Positions 55,622 through 64,000 of a stretch of DNA of 64,000 bases are shown in pieces; position 1 is the first letter of the stretch, and each line of letters opens with the position of its first letter. The stretch comes from Octopus vulgaris. Lineage: Eukaryota. The stretch is from contig OX597815.1 of assembly GCA_951406725.2 (NCBI GenBank), positions 124,310,001 through 124,374,000 of the forward strand. The letters run 5' to 3'. Position numbers and translations under genes: made by a program. Under the pieces are notes generated by a model that was not told the origin of the DNA, made no database searches, and saw nothing but the letters and a program-made list of their open reading frames with translations.

Positions 55622-56861
55622 CTTTATCACAAGAACTAATCTACTGCGACACAGTCATATCATACACCACCAGAGATAGCACTAACTGTACCATCACAAC
55701 CACCATCACCACCATCACCATCACCATCGTTTCCACCACAATTACTATTACCACCAGCAAACTACCTTCCCCCAACAAACCACCACCAGCACAGCACCAC
55801 CACCATTACCCACCATCAGCACCCATATCGCTTATATTTTCTCGCTCACCTCTTCCACAACAATCACCAGCACTGTCATCGTCACCACCATCATCTGTTC
55901 CCGTCTACAGTCAGCCACCTCTACGACCATTACCTCGTCTTACCTAAATTGTTATTGAAGCGTAACTAGACTATAACGAAAGGTGTCGTCTGACCAATAT
56001 TTACTTACACACACCATTGTGTCGCTGAAACATCGTACCCACCGCACACTAAGACACTCATTTCTTTGCCCTAAACATTCAGTGAGTGCTTCATGTTTTA
56101 CCGGTCCTACCGAGGAACCTGTTGAATGATTATGGACAGCTGAGTGCACACACACGTGCGCACGCGCGCACACACACACACACACACATATTATGTGGGA
56201 CTAAGTCATCCTGTTATTAAATACAACTCCAACTAAATACGTTGAGTACTACTTTGGTTTATTCGACCACTAATATATATACGTATACACCATTACACAC
56301 GCATATGTGTATCAATGTGTAAATAAGGGCGCCCAGGTGAAAGTATTTCTTCCGAATCTCATCTCTTCTGAGTAGTTTAAATGGACTTTGTTCAACTTTG
56401 TCTTGCTTGTTGCATTAAGATTTAACCAAAAACTAGCGAAAGTTTTTGTCTACTAATTGGGTGGATAATCTCCTTTAATCAAAGTTTTTCAGCTTACTGT
56501 ATTACTTCATATAAAACCATGGGCATTTTTGCTCAAAAATACATCCAAAAACCTGATCCACCATTTCAAAGATTTCTAAATAACTTTAGGCAGCAGTATT
56601 GTTAGACGTTTTGCTTTAAATCACTGGTGGTAATAAAAAGAAGTATAAACAAAAAAAGAAAAGAAAGGTAACCCCCCCAGCCCATCAATGTTGATAGTTT
56701 AATATAATACTAATATAAATTCCATTATAAGGTAGAGTTAAGCCTCATAAACAAGAGAAGAAATGAATCACTGTGGGGACCTCTACGTAAGCATTCGACT
56801 TGCTAGGAATAGCAGCGAAATCTTCGAATCACATATTACCTTGTGTGTATGGACACACACA

Positions 56862-56983
56862 GACATGGCGTGGCTGTGTGGTGGGAAGCTTGCTTTCCGA
56901 GTTCAGTCCTACTGCGATGCATCTCGGTCCGACCAAAGCCGTGTGAGTGGATTTAGTAGACGGAAACTGAAAGAACCCCGTCG

Positions 56984-57042
<59 letters not shown>

Positions 57043-57260
57043 CACAAATATGTCTGTGTTTGTCCCCTCACGACCTTGAAATCAGTGTTGGTGTGCTTAC
57101 GTCCCCGTAACCTAGCGGTCCGCCAAGATAAACTGAGAGAATAAGTACTAGGTTTAAAAAAAATAAGTACAGGGGTCGACTGTTCTACCAAAAACCCTTC
57201 AAGACGGTGCCCCAGAATGACCGCAGTCAAATGACTGAAACAAGTAAATGATAAAAGATA
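56862..57260 (+). mobile_element. Second tRNA-derived SINE family with an internal (TA)n microsatellite
   Basis: GGCGTGGCTGTGTGG head, GTGAGTGGATTTAGTAGACGGAAACTGAAAGAA, internal (TA)n and a GATAAAAGATA tail. A related fragment lies at ~11630-11730. Confidence 0.7.
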
Positions 57261-59554
57261 CATACATGCGAGCGCTCACACAGACACCCAAGATAATATA
57301 TATAGCGTGTAGTTGGCCACCACTGATATGCTTTTGACCATGGATCTATTCCATCAGAACTGGTCTGTGACCGAATACAATGAAAGCAGCAGAAGTACTT
57401 TTACAATTGACGAGTGTTCGTTTCGTTTAAAACAATGAATTCGTATAATATTGTATGAACTAGTATAAAGCAAATGGACATAATCAGCAGTATTATTATT
57501 GAAGAAACATTACTAGGAATTATTTCATTATGTTATTATACAATTTCTTATAAGAGATACTAAGAAACTTCTTCATATGCTAAAGCTGAATTGTAATGTA
57601 GATCAGAGCAGTCTACGATCATTTGTACTCATGCTTAAAGCAAGCGAACACAAACAGCTCTCTAGCCTAATTTTCTATGGAAATTTTCTTCAGGAATCTT
57701 AAAATGTCTTACCTTACCAACCAAAGCAATCTCTACATCATTTTAACTTTTATCGAGTTCCCTTCTAGCATTTTTTTCTGCACCATAAATATTAAAGCTC
57801 TTCCACTGCCTAATTAAAGCTCTACCATCGGCTTCTTACGATGATAATAAGAACGTAATAGAGATGTTGAAGCGTTTATCTACTTTTTATCAAAGATCGT
57901 GGAAGAAAACAAAACAATCTTGAAATAAAAATCCTTTCTTATCAACCACACCTTTTTGGAAAAAAACGCGCACGTTACTGTTTGTTGTTTTATTGTATAT
58001 TCTGCAAATAAATCCAGTGATAAACTAATATTCCATATTATTATCATGAAAATATATCAGTAAAGTAACTGGTAACAATATATTACTGATGTTAAAGAAT
58101 GTAGATGTTGCGCAAAACTGAACTACAAAAGTTAGATGCACAATAGCTGAAAGAAAAGAACATCACGAATAAAGTTGGGTGATCCTTTAAATTGTTCGTC
58201 TTAATTACTGCATTACTCGAGAAGTAGAATTCAAAAGATTAGGTCATAAAATCGAAGAAGATAAATTGTTAACAATCTTAATCCTGTAAAATATACTAAT
58301 AATATCTCACTTAAGAATGCTGTATTCCTCCAAACTATAGAACGACCTTTGGAACAATCTTCAAAATGAACTTCGAAATAAATTTAAAAGCAAGTTGTAA
58401 GGAAGAGGAACATTAATAGAAGCAGTATCAGCCATAGCAGCAGCCGTAGCTGCAGCCGCAGTAGCAGTCATATCAGTGTCTAGAATAGGTTTGTTGTACA
58501 TCTCGCATGTTTTCATGAAACATGAAAGAATTGATTAAGCATACGCACGTGGAACCAGTTTTAGTTTTTAAAGCATTTTATTGGATATTGTAGCCCGAGA
58601 ACGCAGCTTATTATGTTAAAGTTCCAATTAGTTCTATTTGTCTATTATTGTTGCGTCTTACAGTTTTCAGTTATTATTAAGTGTAGAAAAGAGAGTTAGA
58701 TTTAGAGATACAGTATGCAGCTATAACTAAGAATATAGACAAAAAATTCAATGCAAGTGTGTGCTTACATGATAAGGGAAAGGTGTTGAATGGATATAAT
58801 TTAGTACTGGCAGCATGACCTACGAGATAAACATCAGCATAAACTGAGATTAAGTTAGTTTGAAGCAAAAAGGGAGAACAACAGAAATAATATCGATCAT
58901 TGTATCACTAGTATTACGTCTAAAAGGTTTTGGAGAAACATGAAGAGAAGTGTTACGTTTATGTCTGTCCCTAGGGAATTAGAAAGAAAAGAGAAATGTA
59001 GTAGTCCCAATTGGGAATCGAAACTGGGACACATATTTAAATTGCTTACTACATAACGTCGCACTGCAGACCCTGCCAAACAGCATGAACAATAGTTGAG
59101 CCATGTGAAAGTTACTTTGAGAATCATGAGAAAATTACTCTGAAATTAAGAGTCTCATCTTTACAACAGTCTAATGTGAATGACAATATTTGAAGGAGAG
59201 ACAATTTTTACACTGACCTCTCCCACGTCTATGACTTTCTGAGTGTATACAATTATTCGTAGCAGACTAATTAACATATTGTCTTTAACACAGGCGCACG
59301 CACACGCAAGCGCGCGCACACACACACGTCTGCGTATTTTTAACGAGAATGTGTAGGTGGAAGATACGTGTGTGTGTGTGTGTGTGTGTGTTTGTGCATA
59401 GTTACGTATGGAGGAGTGGGATTGAACTCCTGAGGTAGTCGTAAGGGCGCCATCGTACTATAAGGCGTGGCCTGGGCATTTGAAACCTGGAAAAGCTCAT
59501 CCCACGAACACACGCATTCATACACACATATAAAGGTATGTGTGTGTGTGTGTA

Positions 59555-59591
<37 letters not shown>

Positions 59592-60519
59592 ACAAGTGAA
59601 TATATAATAATACTTAAGAACAAGTAAATAACAAGTAGTTGAGTATATAAGGAGATGATTTACCAAACATGGTTTACGTCACAGTTGAAATTGTCTTCTG
59701 TAGTAATCTATGATACACGCTGAAGAACTCTTCGTGTGATGTCACAACCTGATCATTGTCAGAACGGCTGACTGACTCATATTTTTCAAGCCACTCGAGA
59801 TTCTTCCATCCAAACAGTTGCTTGTTTATGAACTAATATACGACAGTTGATAAATATGAAGACCTTGACTGAGAGAATATCAAACTTTTATTTATTCATT
59901 AAAACGATGTTTCTTGTGGCGTACGTTTATTTATTTACTATGTATGTATATATGTGTCTTTCTATGTATGCATTTAGGTCGTTTTATTTACTCTGTATGT
60001 GTATGTATAGCAGTGATTATATACCTATATTTACATGCATGTATGTGTATGAATGTACTCATGTAACGTATGTTTGCATGTATCTGAGTATGTGTGCATG
60101 TATGGTTATGTTTGCGTAAGTATGTACGTACGTATGTGTGAATGCGTCAAACCTAGCGTTTAGGCTGTAGGACTGATGACCGCAAAGTCGTGGTTTCGAT
60201 TAGCGGAATAGCAGGCACATTATATACTCAGACAAAGCACTTCATTTTATGTTGCTCCAACTCATTCTGATAAAAGTGAACTGCGTCTCTTATAGACTAG
60301 CACATTGCAAACTTTTAGCCACAAATCTTGCAAATGCAAGTTGTCAACAGCCCTTTGTGTCCACAGCACACTCAGTGATGTATGTATGTATGTATGTATG
60401 TATGTATGTATGTATGTATGTATGTATGTATGTATGTATGTACGTTCGTATGAATATGTGTGAGAGTGTACACTTATATTTGAAACTGAAGGGGGATAAT
60501 GGACACATAATCATAAAAT

Positions 60520-60723
60520 ATTGGCTTCAAATTTTGGTACATGGCCAGCAATTTTGGGGAGGGATGTAAGTCGATTTCATTGACCCAGTGTTTAACTGGT
60601 ATTTATTTTATCGACCCGAAAGAATGAAAGGCAAAGTCGTCCTCGACAGAATTTGAACTCAGTACGTAAAGATGGACGAAATACTACTAAGCATTTAATC
60701 TGTTTTGCCAGCTTTATCGCCTT
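60520..60723 (-). mobile_element. tRNA-derived SINE copy
   Basis: aactggtatttattttatcgacccgaaagaatgaaaggcaaagtcg core. Confidence 0.8.
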
Positions 60724-61424
60724 GCAGACATAAAATATTCAAAAACTTTTAGTGTTTTCCTGCGAATAACTCTATAATTTTTATTATGATATACATTTTC
60801 AACTGAAGGCAACGTCTTTACTCCCACATCAGCTATGATTGAACAGACCATTGCTCAAAAGCGTTCCTGTTTTGACTATGACTATTTCTTATATGATTTT
60901 AATATGGTTGTGAATTGATCACTGAATTTTTGTCAGGGACAACTAATAAATGTGGATGGGTATTAAACGCTATGACAGTGAAGTAACGATCAGCATAATG
61001 AAGTCTGTCAATAACGACTCTCCTAATGACTATGATAATATTAATAATTATAACGAAGCTATTTAATGGTACATCTAAAATCTAAAATACAGTAAGAAAA
61101 TGGTAAATGCCATAATGGTATTAAGGATAGTATTAATTTAAAATGATACTGATGATGAATTTAATAGTGACAATTGAAATAGAGATACAGAATATTGTTG
61201 TTGGTATAATCCCTATGTCAAGCACTAAGTACAAGGCGTATGTGAACAACACCGGTTTTATAGACCGATACATCTGGACAAATTGCTGCGTACTTTGATC
61301 GAACTCAAAACCACGTGGACGCAAAGCAAACTTCGTAACAGTATAGCTATTATTGAACGGATTAAAAGTTCGAAATTATAGTTTTGAAACGAGTAAATCG
61401 TTCACTCAAAATGTTGAAAAAAAC

Positions 61425-61836
61425 TCTTTTCTATTCTAGGCAGAAGGCTCCAATTTTTTTTTTTTGGGGGGGGGGGGGGAGAGGGCAGTCAATTAGACCG
61501 GCTCCAGTACGAAACTGGTACTAAATTTATCGACCTCGAAAGGATGAAAGGCAAAGTCGACCTCACCGGAATTTGAACTAAGAACGTAAAGACAGACGAA
61601 ATACCTATTTCTTTACTACCCACAAAGGGCTAAACACAGAGAGGACAAACAAGGACAGACAAAGGGATTAAGTCGATTATATCGACCCCAGTGCGTAACT
61701 GGTACTTAATTTATCGACCCCGAAAGGATGAAAGGCAAAGTCGATCTCGGCAGAATTTGAACTCAAAACGTAACGGCAGACGAAATACGGCTACGCATTT
61801 CACCCGGCGTGCTAACGTTTCTGCCAGCTCGCTGCA
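61425..61836 (-). mobile_element. Dimeric tRNA-derived SINE (second copy)
   Basis: Same two-core structure and the same junction (GACGAAATACCTATTTCTTTACTACCCACAA) as 41222-41620. Confidence 0.88.
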
Positions 61837-64000
61837 TTGAAAACAAAAAACATTAACAAAGCTTTACATGTTTGTAGGTTAAGGTTCCAGAATATAAGCA
61901 AACATCGATAAGAAACAGTGTTTTATCAGAACATCACCAACAATTACTTATTTAACATTAACAGCTGGATTGATATTTCAGGATAAATGCGTTTACCAGA
62001 ACATTTCATGTGTAACAGTCACGTTTATAAGAGAACGAAACAGAAGTCAGCAACTGACTGCAGTTGGTTGACTAACTAGATTATATTTATTGCCACATCT
62101 CTTTTTTGACTTGATTTCTATCAGGGACATTTCTATTTTACTTTTAATATTTTTCTTAAATTTTTCTGTGTATAATTGCGATTCTTAGCATCAAAAGGTG
62201 GTAGGTAGCTGAGGCATTGATATTAAGTTTCCAGCAAAGACGCTCAATCAGTTACGCTGATTACAGCGTAGTTGATTATTACAGCGTAATAGAGCACAAC
62301 TTTGAAGAAATATCTATTACGAACTAGACAGTAATTTTTCAAGGTGGAATCAAACTCTCTTATTGATAAAATTTGCAAAAGCTTAACATTTTGTCCTTGG
62401 ATAGAATTTCCAAAACCTTGATACTAGAGATTGGAATAATCTCTGGCACACTTGAAAATGTCTGATAATAGCGTTTGAGGAGAAAATTCTCTATATAGTA
62501 AAGGAATTTATTATTATCCCCCAGAGAAATATGAAAGCAAGTCTAATATAATAAGAAACTGAATATTATTAAACATTCTATATGTGATTTATAGTTGATC
62601 TCTAATATGTATACAAGTACTATCATTGTAAATATTATTGTTTCCAAAAAATAAAAAATTAATTAATCAATTGAAGACGCGATTTCATCTGTTGTCTGAA
62701 CCTGTAAAATGCTATAAAACTCTGTTTCTATATAACCATACGTTTACTAAACTTACTCGAGTAATTGTGACACAGAGATACATACTCAATTGCACGTATC
62801 TCAGTGTCACGTGGTTATGCTTTCAAATCTAGTCTAATCCAATAAATACAAAAGCAAAGTCAGTGACAGACTAAGTAGAGTAGCTTTAACATTAAATATA
62901 GTGTTTGGCATTCCAAATCCAATTGCGATCTATGTTAATGAGTCAGACCTGTCTAATTATTATTGACCTAACCTCTGACCTCTTAAATATGACACGTTTC
63001 CTCACCGTCTCGCTGCCTCGCACTCCTTCACAAATACTATGACCTGAAAGGTTTGTTTTAGAGGACAAAATATCAAACATATAATTTTAGCACAATAATA
63101 ATTAGCACTGACATACGATTTTTATTCCCACCTCAACACAGCCCATCCTCGCATCTTTATCAGTGCGCGTGTCTACGTTTCTATGTGTTTTCTTTAGCAT
63201 TTATGTTGTGTATTTGGGCGATGTATATGTTTGTGATGTGTATTTGTGTGCGTACAACATACTGCATCATTTTCATCCTCTCACGAAAATGCAATTGATC
63301 GCATCTTAAAGATAATAATATACACAACTCAACAAATGTTAGCTCCCAGTACCTCCTCTCCTTATTCTCCCTTCTCTTGATACATGCATACATTCATAAA
63401 TGCATACATACATGCATACATACATACATACATACATACATACATACATACATACATACATACATACATACATACATACACATTAATACATACATATATG
63501 CATGCATACATACGTCCATACAATAAATGCATGTACATGCATGTCTGTCTGTACGCATGTATGTATGTCGGATTTTGTAATGGTTTCAGAGTTTTATCTT
63601 TAATCATGATCCTCTAGACATCAATATAGAAATATCACTATATCGCTTTCTTTTTAAATTTCACTTTCATTCCAAAGGTCCTTTCTGTATGTTTTCTATA
63701 TCTCCATACACTTTCTTTCTTTTATGCATAGAAGTACACACGTCATCGAGTATCGGATGGATGGAAGTGACAGTGATGCTAATGGTCTTATAGTTGAATC
63801 TGTAAATAATGGTGCTTGGCTGATTGAACGCACGCTCAACAAGTTTGAAGTTGATTTAGATTGCTATCAACGCATTAAAAAAACAACTTCCAGCGATGAA
63901 ATCATCTGTTTTCTCTCAATTATTATTAATACCATTTACTTCTTTCAGCTCTTATCACCTCATCCCCATCCTTCTCACGATATCTAACTATACATAACAT

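Noticed and set aside
55522-55947. 141-aa Q/L/T/P-rich ORF
   Set aside because: Derived from (CAA)n/(CTA)n/(CAC)n trinucleotide repeats.
59049-59104. Alternative signal-peptide exon MAQLLFMLFGRVCSATLC (minus, phase 1)
   Set aside because: It has a weaker donor and a short hydrophobic core interrupted by Arg. 53490-53568 fits better.

Overview
AT-rich, microsatellite- and transposon-saturated animal genomic DNA. The SINE families and simple-repeat profile point to an octopus (coleoid cephalopod); this is inferred, not database-checked. The only host gene I can support is on the minus strand: a multiplexin (collagen XV/XVIII-like) gene. It is seen as a 566-nt exon encoding the N-terminal TSPN/laminin-G domain (14161-14726) and a phase-compatible 79-nt signal-peptide exon missing from the ORF track (53490-53568), which implies a ~38.8-kb first intron. 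The rest is intronic or upstream DNA: many tRNA-derived SINEs (monomers, tandem arrays, a recurring dimer, nested copies), decayed R4/Dong-type, L1/Tx1-type and CR1/L2-type LINEs, mariner and Tc1 fossils, Helitron/Helentron-type non-autonomous elements, and a short LTR with a tRNA-Trp primer-binding site. Two Penelope-type minimal hammerhead ribozyme motifs lie on the transcribed strand of intron 1. Most ORF-track entries are microsatellite artefacts. I found no convincing new multi-gene system. The best leads are the hammerheads, the hidden first exon with its overlapping uORF, and several TE-targeting and dsRNA-structure observations. Element boundaries are read by eye and approximate unless motifs are quoted.
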